Of a stretch of 64,000 bases of DNA, positions 54,701 to 64,000 are shown in pieces. Positions within the stretch are counted from its first letter, which is position 1. The number at the start of each line of letters is the position of its first letter. The position numbers and the translations under genes are program-made. The stretch is from positions 3,840,001 through 3,904,000 of the forward strand of contig CBDFJQ010000002.1 of the NCBI GenBank assembly GCA_965248575.1. Direction: 5' to 3'. Origin of the DNA: Planctomycetota bacterium. Its GTDB lineage: Bacteria > Planctomycetota > B15-G4. The notes below the pieces were generated by a model. It was given only the letters and a program-made list of their open reading frames with translations. It did not search any database and had not been told where the DNA came from.

Positions 54701-56122
54701 ATGAACACCCGTTTTCTGCGCCTCTCATGGGGTTTCGCCTGTGCAGCGCTTTTGAGCCTGGCCCCTGCCAGGGCTGGCGAACCCACCTTTACCTATGTGG
54801 ACCTCGGGACCCTGGGAGGCCCCGAATCCGTGGCCATGGGCATGAACGACATGGGTCAGGTTGTGGGCTGGTCCCACATCTCTGGCTGCACGGCCCAGGG
54901 ACATCCCTGCCGGCGAGCCTTCCTTTGGGACGACGGGGTCATGACGGACCTCGGCATCCTGGCCGGTGACGAGGAGAGCGTCGCCCGCGCCATCAACAAC
55001 GCTGGCCTCGTGGTTGGGACATCGGAGAGCGGTGTGGTGTCCGGCAGCGGGACCTTCCATGGCTTCAGCTGGGACGGATCCATGACGTCGCTCGCCGATC
55101 TGGGTGAAGGCCAGAGCTTCGCCAACGACGTCAACGACAGCGGGTTGATCGTCGGTTACTCAACGGACCCCGTCCTGCTGCGCGACCGCGTGGTGAGCTG
55201 GTCGGCTGGCGTGGTGTCCAACGTCGGCGAACCCGAGGGTCACAGCTACAACCGAGGCTACGGCGTCAACGAATCAGGCGCGCTTGTGGGCTTCGCCTGG
55301 AACCTGTTCTCGCCCAATGACTCCATCCGCTTCGACGGCTCATGGAAGACCATCGGTGGCGTGGACGGCCCCTTCCAGAACTCCGAGGCCTTCGACCTCA
55401 ACGATGCAGGGGTGGTGTGCGGCCTGCAGGCCTTTCCGTCAGGCTCCTGGCACGCTTGCCTGTGGACGACGGCGGGGGCGCAAGACCTTGGCGTGCTCGC
55501 TGGGCATGACACCTCCGAACTCTATTCCGTGAACGAAGCAGGGCTGGCAGTGGGCCGTTCCTACGATCCGTTCTTTCCCGCGGAGCAGCGCGCCATCTTC
55601 TGGGACGGCAGCGCGCTGCGTGACCTGAACGACTACATGCCTGCGGGAGTTCCTGGCGTGCTGTTCGAAGCCACCGAGATCAATGAGGCAGGAGACATTG
55701 CGGGGACGGCCCTGGTCAACGGCTTGTTCCGGGCGTTCGTGCTCGTGCGCGAGCCCTGGGAGAACCTGGGCGGCGGAACGACGGGCGTTCAGGGTGTGCC
55801 TCGGCTGGTGGGCACGGGCGAGCTCGAAGCGGGTGCTTCCATCACCCTGGCTGTGGGTGATGCCGCTCCCAACGCGCTCATGGCGGGGTGGCTGTCCTTG
55901 AGTTCGGCGCCGCTCTCCGTGCTGGGCGGAACGCTGCACGCGAACCCCAAGATCCTGCAGATCCTGCGCTTCGCAGATGCGTCCGGAGACTACGAGCAGA
56001 GCCTGACCTGGCCAGTGGGCATCGCTCCGGGAACGGATCTCTGGGTGCAGTTCCTGGTGCAGGACCTGAGCGTGCCGCAGCAGATCACCCTCACCAATGG
56101 CGTGATGGCAAGCACGCCCTGA
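54701..56122 (+). CDS. Secreted HAF-repeat beta-propeller with shared C-terminal domain
   Basis: Signal peptide; DLGTLGG, AFLW and about seven AxxxN(D/E)xGxxVG repeats. Confidence 0.88.
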   Translation: MNTRFLRLSWGFACAALLSLAPARAGEPTFTYVDLGTLGGPESVAMGMNDMGQVVGWSHISGCTAQGHPCRRAFLWDDGVMTDLGILAGDEESVARAINNAGLVVGTSESGVVSGSGTFHGFSWDGSMTSLADLGEGQSFANDVNDSGLIVGYSTDPVLLRDRVVSWSAGVVSNVGEPEGHSYNRGYGVNESGALVGFAWNLFSPNDSIRFDGSWKTIGGVDGPFQNSEAFDLNDAGVVCGLQAFPSGSWHACLWTTAGAQDLGVLAGHDTSELYSVNEAGLAVGRSYDPFFPAEQRAIFWDGSALRDLNDYMPAGVPGVLFEATEINEAGDIAGTALVNGLFRAFVLVREPWENLGGGTTGVQGVPRLVGTGELEAGASITLAVGDAAPNALMAGWLSLSSAPLSVLGGTLHANPKILQILRFADASGDYEQSLTWPVGIAPGTDLWVQFLVQDLSVPQQITLTNGVMASTP

Positions 56123-56229
56123 GGTCGCTGCTCGAGGCGAGACGCTGGCCCCCGGATTTCGCGCTCCAGTCACCCCTGGCTGGAGACGAAGTTCGGGGGC
56201 CGCACTCCCTCCAAACCGAGACGCGTCCC

Positions 56230-56622
56230 ATGTGGTCCAAGTGGTCCAAGAGTTTCCTGAACCAGCCGGTCAAGAGCGCCCCGAGCGTGGTGGCGGCTGC
56301 TGTCTTGGTGGGGGCACTGTTCGTGCTGGCGCACCCGGCTCACTCCTCGCAGGTGGCCCTGGCGAGTACAGCCAGCCTGGTGTCCGACCAGGTGCTGGAG
56401 CCGTTGCTGGGACAGATACAGCTCATGGACCAACTCGTTTCCGAACCTCTGCCGACGGGCATGGGAAGCGTGGGTCATCCTTCGGCGGCGATGTTGCTTC
56501 CGCCGCGAGAGTCCTTGGAGACCGTGATCGAGGCTTTTGATGCGGTCATGACGGACGCCGAGAGCGCTGCGAGCCCCGAGCCGAACTCCGCTGCTGTGCC
56601 CCTTGGTGACGACGCTCCCTAG
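56230..56622 (+). CDS. Hypothetical exported protein
   Basis: ATG ORF of 130 aa with hydrophobic segment and AHS cleavage-like site. Confidence 0.55.
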   Translation: MWSKWSKSFLNQPVKSAPSVVAAAVLVGALFVLAHPAHSSQVALASTASLVSDQVLEPLLGQIQLMDQLVSEPLPTGMGSVGHPSAAMLLPPRESLETVIEAFDAVMTDAESAASPEPNSAAVPLGDDAP

Positions 56623-56637
56623 CGGACGCTGTGGGAG

Positions 56638-57588
56638 TCAGCCGACTTTCGCGACTTCGGCGAGCAGTTCGGGGTCCACGTTGCCGCCGCTGAGCAGGAC
56701 GCCGCACAGCCCGCGCCCTTCTCGTAGAGCCACCGCGAGCGAAGCCGCCCCGCTGGGTTCGAGCACGAGGCGGAGTTCATCCAGAGCCCAACGCATGGCT
56801 TCCCTGAGCTCGGTGTCACTGACCAGTTCGATGCGGGACACACGCTGACGAATCACCTCGAAGGTGAGGGCCCCGGGTCGGCGAACCCGTAGGCCGTCGG
56901 CCAACGTCTTCGGTGGAGGAACCGAGACACGTTCACCAGCGGCGAGGCTGCGGGCCGTATCGTCCCCGTCGGCGGGCTCCACGCCGATAATTTCCGCTTC
57001 GCCCTGCAGCGCCTGCAGCACGGTGGCACAGCCTGCCATGAGGCCCCCGCCGCTGACCGGCGCGTAGAAGCGATCCAGGCTCGGATGGCCCGCTGCCACA
57101 GCGTCCTCCACCAGCTCCAAGGCTGCGGTGCCTTGCCCTGCCGCCACCAGCAGGTGGTCATAGGGCGGGACGGGGATCAGGCCCTGGCTTTGCGCGAGTT
57201 CTTCTGCCTTTGCCGCGCGCTCATCACTGTCGGGCCCCACGATGACGACTTCTGCACCCCAGGCTTCCGTGCGCAGACGCTTCAAGGCGGGGGCGTCCGA
57301 AGGCATGACGATCACAGCCCGGAGCCCCAGGGTCTTCGCTGCGCAGGCCACGGCCTGTGCGTGATTCCCGGAGCTGTGGGCGACCACGCCGGGAATCCCT
57401 GGCGACAGCGTCGTCATGAGGCTGAACGCGCCCCGTAGCTTGAACGCGCCCGTTGGCTGCAGGGACTCCGGCTTGAGCAACAGCTCGCTCTCCCCGTGAC
57501 GCTTGACGAGCAGTGGGGTGCGCACGATGTGCGTTGCGATGCGGCTCGCCGCAGCTCGAATGCAGTCGAGAGTCAGCTCGTCAATCAT
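56638..57588 (-). CDS. PLP-dependent threonine/serine dehydratase (catabolic/racemase-like)
   Basis: KPESLQPTGAFKLRGA, SSGNHA, GGGL, EPSGA, SGGN. Confidence 0.92.
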   Translation of the reverse strand: MIDELTLDCIRAAASRIATHIVRTPLLVKRHGESELLLKPESLQPTGAFKLRGAFSLMTTLSPGIPGVVAHSSGNHAQAVACAAKTLGLRAVIVMPSDAPALKRLRTEAWGAEVVIVGPDSDERAAKAEELAQSQGLIPVPPYDHLLVAAGQGTAALELVEDAVAAGHPSLDRFYAPVSGGGLMAGCATVLQALQGEAEIIGVEPADGDDTARSLAAGERVSVPPPKTLADGLRVRRPGALTFEVIRQRVSRIELVSDTELREAMRWALDELRLVLEPSGAASLAVALREGRGLCGVLLSGGNVDPELLAEVAKVG

Positions 57589-57726
57589 GATCGGGCAAGA
57601 AGGGTCGTGGGGCGGCATGCAGCGGGCGCGGAAACACATAGGCCAGCAAAGGAGGACACGATACCGGCTGGGAGAGGGTTAGGATCGCCGCCTTCCTGTC
57701 AGGATTCTGAGAGTGGAGCGCTGATC

Positions 57727-58428
57727 GTGAAGAGTGCAGGCAGCAAGGTTTTGATCACGGGTGGGAGCACGGGCATCGGCAGGGCGATTGCCGAGGCGCT
57801 TTCGGAGAAGGGAGCCTCCGTGGGGATCACCGGTCGACGCGAGGCGCTCGTGGAGGCCGCTGCCCAGGACATGGGCGCGCTGGCCTTGACCGGCGATGTC
57901 AGCGCCGAGGAGCAATGCGTGGAGACCGTGCAGCGTTTCGTCGAGCATTTCGGCGGGATCGATGTGCTCGTGAACAACGCGGGCTTCGGGCACTTTGCGC
58001 CGCTGGTCGACATGGATCGCACGGCCTTCGAGGCGGTCTTCGCGACCAATGTCACGGGTGCCATGCTCATGGCACGCGAAGCCACGAAGCACTTCGTGGA
58101 GCAGAGTTCGGGGAACATCGTCAACATCTCGTCCACGTCGGGTTTGAGCGGCGGCGCAGGTGCATCCGCCTACTCGGCGTCCAAGTTCGCGTTGCGCGGG
58201 ATGACCGAGTGTTGGCGTGCGGAGCTGCGCAAGCACAACGTGCGGGTGATGCTGGTGAACCCCAGCGAAGTGCTCACCGACTTCGCCAGCGCGGCCGGCT
58301 TCGAGCAGGAAGCCTCGCCCAAGAAGCTGCGAGCCAAGGAGATCGCCTCGGCGGTGGTCAGTGCCTTGGAGATGGATGACCGCGGATTCATTCCTGAACT
58401 CAGCGTCTGGGCCACCAACCCGTTCTGA
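57727..58428 (+). CDS. SDR family oxidoreductase
   Basis: TGGSTGIG, NNAG, NISS, YSASK; GGAG before GTG 57727. Confidence 0.92.
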   Translation: MKSAGSKVLITGGSTGIGRAIAEALSEKGASVGITGRREALVEAAAQDMGALALTGDVSAEEQCVETVQRFVEHFGGIDVLVNNAGFGHFAPLVDMDRTAFEAVFATNVTGAMLMAREATKHFVEQSSGNIVNISSTSGLSGGAGASAYSASKFALRGMTECWRAELRKHNVRVMLVNPSEVLTDFASAAGFEQEASPKKLRAKEIASAVVSALEMDDRGFIPELSVWATNPF

Positions 58429-58447
58429 GCGGAGCTGTCGCCGCCAG

Positions 58448-59887
58448 TCAGACCTCCTGCTCCTTCCATTTGCCCCGACGGAAGGCCCAGAGCGAGAGGA
58501 CCGTGAGCAGGGCTTCGGAGATGACGACAGCCCAGAACACGCCGTCCGGCCCCCAGCCGCCTTGGTGCGAGAGCCACCACGCGAGGGGGATCTGGCACAT
58601 CCAGAAGCAGACCAGGTTGAGACGGGTCGGGGTTCCGGTGTCGCCCGCACCATTGAAGGCTTGCAGCAACACGAGGCCCCACGCGTAGAACACATAGCCG
58701 TAGCTGAGGGTGCGCAGCGCCTTGCTCCCGATGGCGAGCACGGCGGCGTCTGATGCCGCGTCCGTGTCGGAGAGGAACAGGCCCACGATCTGCTCCGCCC
58801 ACGAGATGAAGATCACGGCGACGGTCCCGAGGAAGATCATGTTGTAAAAGCCCGTGAGCCAGACAGCCCGTTCCGCGCGCTCAGGCTGTTGGGCGCCCAG
58901 GTTCTGGCCGACGAGAGTGGCCGCGGCGTTGCACAGACCCCAGGCGGGCATGAGGGCGAACATCACGACGCGGATGGCGATGGTCCAGCCTGCCGCGGCC
59001 GTGGCTCCGAACGCCGCGACGATGCCCATCAAGATGATCCAGCTGGAGGTCCCGATCAGGAACTGGCCGATGCCGCCTGCGGAGACCCGCAGCAGCTTCC
59101 ACATGGCTTGAGGGTGGAGCCGGAACTCAGGACCAGCGAGCTTCAGCAGCCCATCTCCTCGACGCAGCGCGCGAAACTGGTAGAGCACACCGGTGCCGCG
59201 GCCGATGGTCGTGGCGATGGCCGCACCGGTCAGCCCCAGCTCAGGGAAGGGTCCCAAGCCGAAGATGAGGCAGGGGTCGAGCACCAGGTTGATGCCGTTG
59301 GCAATCCACAGGCTGCGCATGGCGATGACCGCATCGCCGGCGCCGCGAAAGATGGCGTTGTTCAGGAACAGGAACAGGATGACGGCGTTGGTGGCCATCA
59401 TGACGGAGGTGTAGCCGCTTCCCATGGCAATCACCTCGGGGTCGGCCCGCATGAGTTCGAGGATGCGCGGGGCGAAGTAGGCGCCGGGAATCCCGATCAA
59501 TGCGGCGAGCAGTCCGCCCAAGGCCAGGGCTTGTGTGGCTGAGCGGATGGCACCGGGGTGGTCCCCTTCGCCGACCCGTCGGGCGACGGTCGCGGTGGTG
59601 GCCATGCTGAGACCGATGGCTACGGCGTAGACCAGGGTGATGACCGACTCGGTGATGCCCACCGTGGCCACGGCATGCGGGCCGAGGCGCCCGACGAAGA
59701 ACACGTCGGCCAGGGCGAAGACGGCCTCCATGGCCATCTCCAGCACCATCGGAATGGCCAGCAGGGTGATGGCGCGATTCAGGTTGCCGGAGGTGTAGTC
59801 GTGCTGATGACCGCGCAGCGAATCGCGCACGGACTCCCACCAGCTGGAAGGCTCGGCGGGCTCGGAAGCAGGAAGAGAAGAGGACAA
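58448..59887 (-). CDS. MATE family efflux transporter; start uncertain
   Basis: LAIPM, DVFFVGRLG, RGAGD, NLVLDPCLIFG, GQNLGA, FNGAGDT. Confidence 0.92.
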   Translation of the reverse strand: MSSSLPASEPAEPSSWWESVRDSLRGHQHDYTSGNLNRAITLLAIPMVLEMAMEAVFALADVFFVGRLGPHAVATVGITESVITLVYAVAIGLSMATTATVARRVGEGDHPGAIRSATQALALGGLLAALIGIPGAYFAPRILELMRADPEVIAMGSGYTSVMMATNAVILFLFLNNAIFRGAGDAVIAMRSLWIANGINLVLDPCLIFGLGPFPELGLTGAAIATTIGRGTGVLYQFRALRRGDGLLKLAGPEFRLHPQAMWKLLRVSAGGIGQFLIGTSSWIILMGIVAAFGATAAAGWTIAIRVVMFALMPAWGLCNAAATLVGQNLGAQQPERAERAVWLTGFYNMIFLGTVAVIFISWAEQIVGLFLSDTDAASDAAVLAIGSKALRTLSYGYVFYAWGLVLLQAFNGAGDTGTPTRLNLVCFWMCQIPLAWWLSHQGGWGPDGVFWAVVISEALLTVLSLWAFRRGKWKEQEV

Positions 59888-60263
59888 GGGTGATCTCGTG
59901 TGGTGTGACTCGCGGCCCAAGAGGCCTTCATTCCGGAGTGCCGCCTGGGTGAGCGGACCATCTGCAAGCAGATGGGCCGGGCCCTGGGGTGCGACCCGTG
60001 CTTTGACGGGGGGCACTCATGCCGACGGGACCGAGCAAGCCGATGGGGGTCGGCCGCGCGGCAGCTGCTCAGAGAGCGGCGGTGCCAGCGAGAAGAGTCA
60101 GTGGGAAGTTCATGAGATCGTGGTCCTTGGGTCAAGCGAAGGCGGAGCCTAACACTCCCTGCTGAGCGGTCCAGTCGGTTTTGCGGGAGCCGCAGAGCGT
60201 CGGGGCCGTGACGAACGTATTCTGTTCGCCATGAGCCCACCTCCGCCTGTGTTCACCGCTCCT

Positions 60264-61247
60264 ATGACGAAACCAGTGCGTCACCTGCTGCGACGCTGGG
60301 TGTCGGTCAGTTTCGTGCTCCTCTGCGCACTGCTCCCTGCGAGCCCGGCCCAGGCCCAGGAGCAAGAACAGCAGCAGTTCGCGCTGCAAGTGAACCAGGT
60401 GCGGCCCCACGTCCATGTCTTGAGTGGTGGGCCCGACGGCAACGTGCTCGTGCTGGTCCAGGAGGGTGCTGCCCTGTTGGTGGACGGCCAGGCCGTCGAC
60501 AAGCTGTCGGCCGTGTTGTCCGCGCTGAGCACCGTCACCGATGTGCCTGTGCGTTACGTCGTCAACACGCACTACCACCCCGACCACGTGGGGGCCAACG
60601 CGACCTTCGCCGAGCGGGGCGCCACCCTGATCAGCCACCGCGCCTGTCGAGAGGAGATGGGTCGGCGCAGCGAAGTGGCCGCCTTGGGTTGGACGATCGA
60701 GGCGGCACCGCCCGAAGCCTTGCCGCAGTTGACCTACGAGGGGCGCTTGCGGCTGCGCCTGGGTGAAGAGGTCGTGGACCTGCACCACATGCCGGCCGCG
60801 CACACCGCTGGCGACACGGTCGTGCATCTCAAGACTGCCAACGTCATCCACACCGGGGACCTGTTTGAGGTGGGGGGGTATCCCTTCCTGGACATCTGGC
60901 ACGGCGGCAGCTTGCCGGGCCTGGTGTCGGCCATGGATCGCTTGTTGGAACTCTCCGACGAAGAGACGCGCTTCGTGCCGGGCCACGGCCCCATCTCAAG
61001 CCGCGCAGATGTCGTCGCGTATCGGGAGATGTTGGCCGGGGCGCTCTTACGTGTGCAGGGCGCGATCGATGCCGGTCAGCACGCGCAGGACTTCCTGGCG
61101 TCCCGGCCCGAAGTCGATTTTGATTACCGCTGGGGCAGCCCAAAGGGAGCGCTACGCCTACTGACCTACGCCTTCATCGACCTGGCGCCGGAAGACTTGG
61201 TGCGCACGCGCGGAGAGAGTCAGGGCGGAGGCACGCAGCAGCGATGA
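60264..61247 (+). CDS. Exported MBL-fold metallo-hydrolase (cyclase-like)
   Basis: NTHYHPDH, AHTAGD, HTGD, PGHG. Confidence 0.9.
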   Translation: MTKPVRHLLRRWVSVSFVLLCALLPASPAQAQEQEQQQFALQVNQVRPHVHVLSGGPDGNVLVLVQEGAALLVDGQAVDKLSAVLSALSTVTDVPVRYVVNTHYHPDHVGANATFAERGATLISHRACREEMGRRSEVAALGWTIEAAPPEALPQLTYEGRLRLRLGEEVVDLHHMPAAHTAGDTVVHLKTANVIHTGDLFEVGGYPFLDIWHGGSLPGLVSAMDRLLELSDEETRFVPGHGPISSRADVVAYREMLAGALLRVQGAIDAGQHAQDFLASRPEVDFDYRWGSPKGALRLLTYAFIDLAPEDLVRTRGESQGGGTQQR

Positions 61248-62920
61248 ACGCCGGGATCGGAGCGCCGCCGACCTATCGCAAGGCACGGCTGCTCTTTCGT
61301 CGTGGATTGGCCGTTGTGGCTGCCGTGGCCGTGGGGTCCTTCTGGCTGCAGATGGATGGTCTCGTGGGCAGTCAGGGGATCTCTCCGGCGGCCGAGACTC
61401 AGTCCGCCTTCGAGGCGGGGCCGTGGGGTGCGGATTGGACGTGGCGGCCGACCCTGCTGTGGTTGGCCAGCTCCGACGTCATGTTGCACGGCCTGTGTGC
61501 GGCGGGCCTGGCGCTGGCGGCCCTCCTGTTCCTGGATGTCGCCCCCGCCCTGTGCGCGTTAGGCCTGTGGGTCGTGTATCTCTCGCTCTGCTGGGCGGGC
61601 GGAGTGTTCATGAACTTCCAGTGGGACATCCTGCTGGTGGAGGTCCTGCTGCTCGCCAGCCTGTGGCTCCCTTGGCGACTCAGGCGCGAGAAGCGCGAGC
61701 AGGGAGCGGATGGAGCTGGTGACCCCGAGTGGCCCGCGGCGCGCTGGATGCTGTGGTTCCTGTTGTTGCGCTTCATGTTCGAGTCGGGGGTGGTGAAGCT
61801 CACCTCGGGCGACCCGACGTGGGCGGACCGAACAGCCATGTCGTTCCACTACATGACCCAGCCGCTTCCGCATGGGTTGAGTTGGGCGGCCCACAACATG
61901 CCGCTCTGGATTCACAGGATCTCCGCCCAGGGCATGTTCTTCGTCGAGCTGGTGATGCCCTGGTGTGTCTTCCTGCCATGGGTGCTGGCCCGGATCCCTC
62001 GGTTCAAGCCGTGGGTCGTGCTGCTGCCCCGGCGGGCTGCCTTCGTGTGCTTCGTCGCGCTGCAAGTGGCGATCGGTTCGACGGGCAACTACGGCTTCTT
62101 CGGCCTGCTCACCTGCGTGTTGTGTCTGCCCCTGTTGGATGACCGGGTGCTTCGCGCAGCATCACCCAGCCAGCCGGCGCGAGCGCATTGGCTGCGGCAG
62201 GTCTTGAGCGTGATGCTCTGTGTTCCCTTGCTCGGCTTGGGCACCTCCCAGCTGCTGGACCTGGACCCGGATCGGGCGGCCTCGCGCTCGATGGTGACGA
62301 GCGAGCATGTCGAGCAGGGGCTGTGGCAAACCCTCGATCGGCACGGCCCGCTAGCAGCCATTCGACTCGCGGAGCTGCGCGCACAGCCCTGGCTCAGCGT
62401 GAACGCCTACGGCTTGTTCCGGGTCATGACGACCCGGCGTCCTGACATCCGCATTCAGTACAGCGACGATGGCGAACGCTGGATCGACGTCGACTTCCAC
62501 TGGCAGGTGGACGATGTGGGCGAGCGGCCCGGCTGGGTTCAACCCCATATGCCGCGCCTCGACTGGCAGCTCTGGTTCGAAGCCTTGCGTTGGGAGGCCC
62601 ACGCGTATCCGCCACGTCCCTATCAGCCGAGCGCCTGGTTCGGGCGATTCCTGGAGAAGCTGCTGGCCGGGGAGCCCTCGGTTTGGGGTCTGCTGGCCGA
62701 AGCTCCTCCGCTCGGATCGACCCCGCATGGGGTGCGAGCCACGCTGGTGGACGACCGCTTCAGCACCCGCGAAGAGCGCGAGATCGAACCCTCGATCTGG
62801 GTGCGGCAGCGCATCTATCCCAGCTGGATTCGCTTGGAGAGGCAGCTCGAGGGCACCGATCAGAACGGCACCGATCAGGGCGCAGGCGAGGATCTGGGCG
62901 CTGACGCGCAGCGGCGCTGA
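61244..62920 (+). CDS. Lipase maturation factor (LMF1) family membrane protein
   Basis: FQWDILLVE, RFMFESGVVKL, HYMTQPLP, TGNYGFF, YGLFRVMT, PHMPRLDWQLWF. Confidence 0.9.
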   Translation: MNAGIGAPPTYRKARLLFRRGLAVVAAVAVGSFWLQMDGLVGSQGISPAAETQSAFEAGPWGADWTWRPTLLWLASSDVMLHGLCAAGLALAALLFLDVAPALCALGLWVVYLSLCWAGGVFMNFQWDILLVEVLLLASLWLPWRLRREKREQGADGAGDPEWPAARWMLWFLLLRFMFESGVVKLTSGDPTWADRTAMSFHYMTQPLPHGLSWAAHNMPLWIHRISAQGMFFVELVMPWCVFLPWVLARIPRFKPWVVLLPRRAAFVCFVALQVAIGSTGNYGFFGLLTCVLCLPLLDDRVLRAASPSQPARAHWLRQVLSVMLCVPLLGLGTSQLLDLDPDRAASRSMVTSEHVEQGLWQTLDRHGPLAAIRLAELRAQPWLSVNAYGLFRVMTTRRPDIRIQYSDDGERWIDVDFHWQVDDVGERPGWVQPHMPRLDWQLWFEALRWEAHAYPPRPYQPSAWFGRFLEKLLAGEPSVWGLLAEAPPLGSTPHGVRATLVDDRFSTREEREIEPSIWVRQRIYPSWIRLERQLEGTDQNGTDQGAGEDLGADAQRR

Positions 62921-62923
62921 AGC

Positions 62924-62965
62924 ACAGCCCGGTGCTCGGGGTGGTGCCACCAAGCACCGGGGCTG
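62924..62965 (+). terminator. Hairpin after LMF1 gene, probable terminator/stability element
   Basis: Perfect 13-bp inverted repeat ACAGCCCGGTGCT/AGCACCGGGCTGT immediately after the stop; weak U-tract. Confidence 0.6.
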
Positions 62966-63121
62966 TCTTGAGGCTTCTCGCAATGACGTTGCGCAGGGAA
63001 CTAGCACAGCCTCCTGGGGCAGTGACATCGATCTTTGGACATGCCTGCCAGAGAGTCGTGGCAGGAACATGACGGACTGCCCAGCGCGTCGGTAGCATGG
63101 TCAGCCCACATGAGGGGTCTC

Positions 63122-64000
63122 ATGCCGATTCAATCCATCAATCCCGCAGACGGTTCGGTGTTGCGCGAGTGGGCTGAAGCCTCCGATGCCGATCTGGATC
63201 GGACGCTCGCAGCCGCGTCTCGAGCCCAGGAGTTCTGGGGGACGTTGCCGTTCGAGGAGCGGGCGTTACCCATGCAGTCGATGGCCGGGCTCCTGGAAGA
63301 CCGGGTGGATGACCTGGCGCGACTCATGGCCCGGGAGATGGGCAAGCCCGTCCCGCAGGGGCGAGCCGAGGTGGATAAATGTGCTTGGGTTTGTCGCTGG
63401 GCCGCGGAGCAGGCGGCCGTGCACCTCGCAGACGAGGTGATCGAGGTCGAGCAGGGGCAGGCGCTCTTGAGCTACCGCCCCTTGGGCCTGGTCCTTGCGG
63501 TCATGCCCTGGAACTTTCCTCTTTGGCAGGTGGTGCGCTGCCTGGCGCCGGTGCTCATGGCGGGCAATGGCTTGTTGTTGAAGCACGCGCCCAACGTCCA
63601 GGGCTGCGCAGAGGCCATCGTAGCCATCGCACAGGAGGCCGGTATTCCCGATGGCCTGTTCGCGAACCTGCTCATCGATGAGCACCGCGTGGGACGGCTG
63701 GTCGCACGCCCAGAGGTTGCGGCGGTGACGCTCACGGGATCCACCCGCGCCGGCTCTGTCGTGGCGGCTGCAGCGGGGGATGCCCTCAAGAGATGTGTGC
63801 TCGAGCTCGGTGGCAGTGACCCCTACCTGGTGCTGGAGGACGCCGACGTCCTGCATGCCGTGAAGTGCTGCGTGGATTCCCGACTCCAGAACACGGGGCA
63901 GAGCTGCATCGCAGCCAAGCGTTTTCTCGTCGTGGATGCCGTGCGCGAGGTGTTCACGGAGAGACTCACGTCCCTCATGGCCGCCAAGCGCTGGGGTGAC
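63122..64000 (+). CDS. NAD(P)-dependent succinate-semialdehyde dehydrogenase-like ALDH, 3'-truncated (absent from ORF track)
   Basis: Read from sequence: MPIQSINPADG, VMPWNFPLWQ, LKHAPNV, TLTGSTRAG, LELGGSDP, NTGQSCIAAKRF. Confidence 0.92.
   Translation, partial: MPIQSINPADGSVLREWAEASDADLDRTLAAASRAQEFWGTLPFEERALPMQSMAGLLEDRVDDLARLMAREMGKPVPQGRAEVDKCAWVCRWAAEQAAVHLADEVIEVEQGQALLSYRPLGLVLAVMPWNFPLWQVVRCLAPVLMAGNGLLLKHAPNVQGCAEAIVAIAQEAGIPDGLFANLLIDEHRVGRLVARPEVAAVTLTGSTRAGSVVAAAAGDALKRCVLELGGSDPYLVLEDADVLHAVKCCVDSRLQNTGQSCIAAKRFLVVDAVREVFTERLTSLMAAKRWGD

Noticed and set aside
56233..56250. Tandem TGGTCCAAG x2
   Set aside because: Two in-frame copies (WSKWSK); too short to imply function.
1..64000. 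Mobile elements, prophage, defence systems, tRNA/rRNA
   Set aside because: No integrase, transposase, nuclease or structural RNA signatures recognised by eye; composition looks uniform. A covariance-model search could still find small RNAs.

Overview
GC-rich, densely coding bacterial chromosomal segment with about 45 genes. I infer Planctomycetota from the gene content: a TIGR02999-type ECF sigma with Ser/Thr kinase, two giant PVC-type CxxCH heme proteins, sulfatases, a ThuA-domain protein and several membrane-anchored carboxypeptidase-regulatory-like repeat proteins. I saw no rRNA, tRNA, CRISPR array, transposase or phage gene. Recognisable modules are an egtD-egtB ergothioneine pair, an AlgJ/AlgX-like plus AlgI-like O-acetylation pair, a hybrid histidine kinase, divergent HxlR/DinB and SufR-like/VOC pairs, a MATE pump, an S9 peptidase, an LMF1-family protein and a truncated aldehyde dehydrogenase at the right edge. 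Main unexplained signals: (1) three otherwise unrelated secreted proteins (M14 carboxypeptidase, FG-GAP propeller, HAF-repeat propeller) all end in the same ~121-aa C-terminal domain, a candidate sorting/anchoring system; (2) a Cys-rich leader ORF ending in polyproline, followed by tandem hairpins, upstream of a His/Met-rich outer-membrane barrel, resembling CutF/CruR copper-responsive ribosome-stalling control; (3) an ECF sigma with no canonical start, in frame directly behind the TAG of a Tat-ankyrin gene; (4) an uncharacterised HTH regulator facing one of the shared-domain proteins across AT-rich palindromes. Family assignments come from motif recognition by eye, not database searches. Several starts were reassigned relative to the supplied ORF track.
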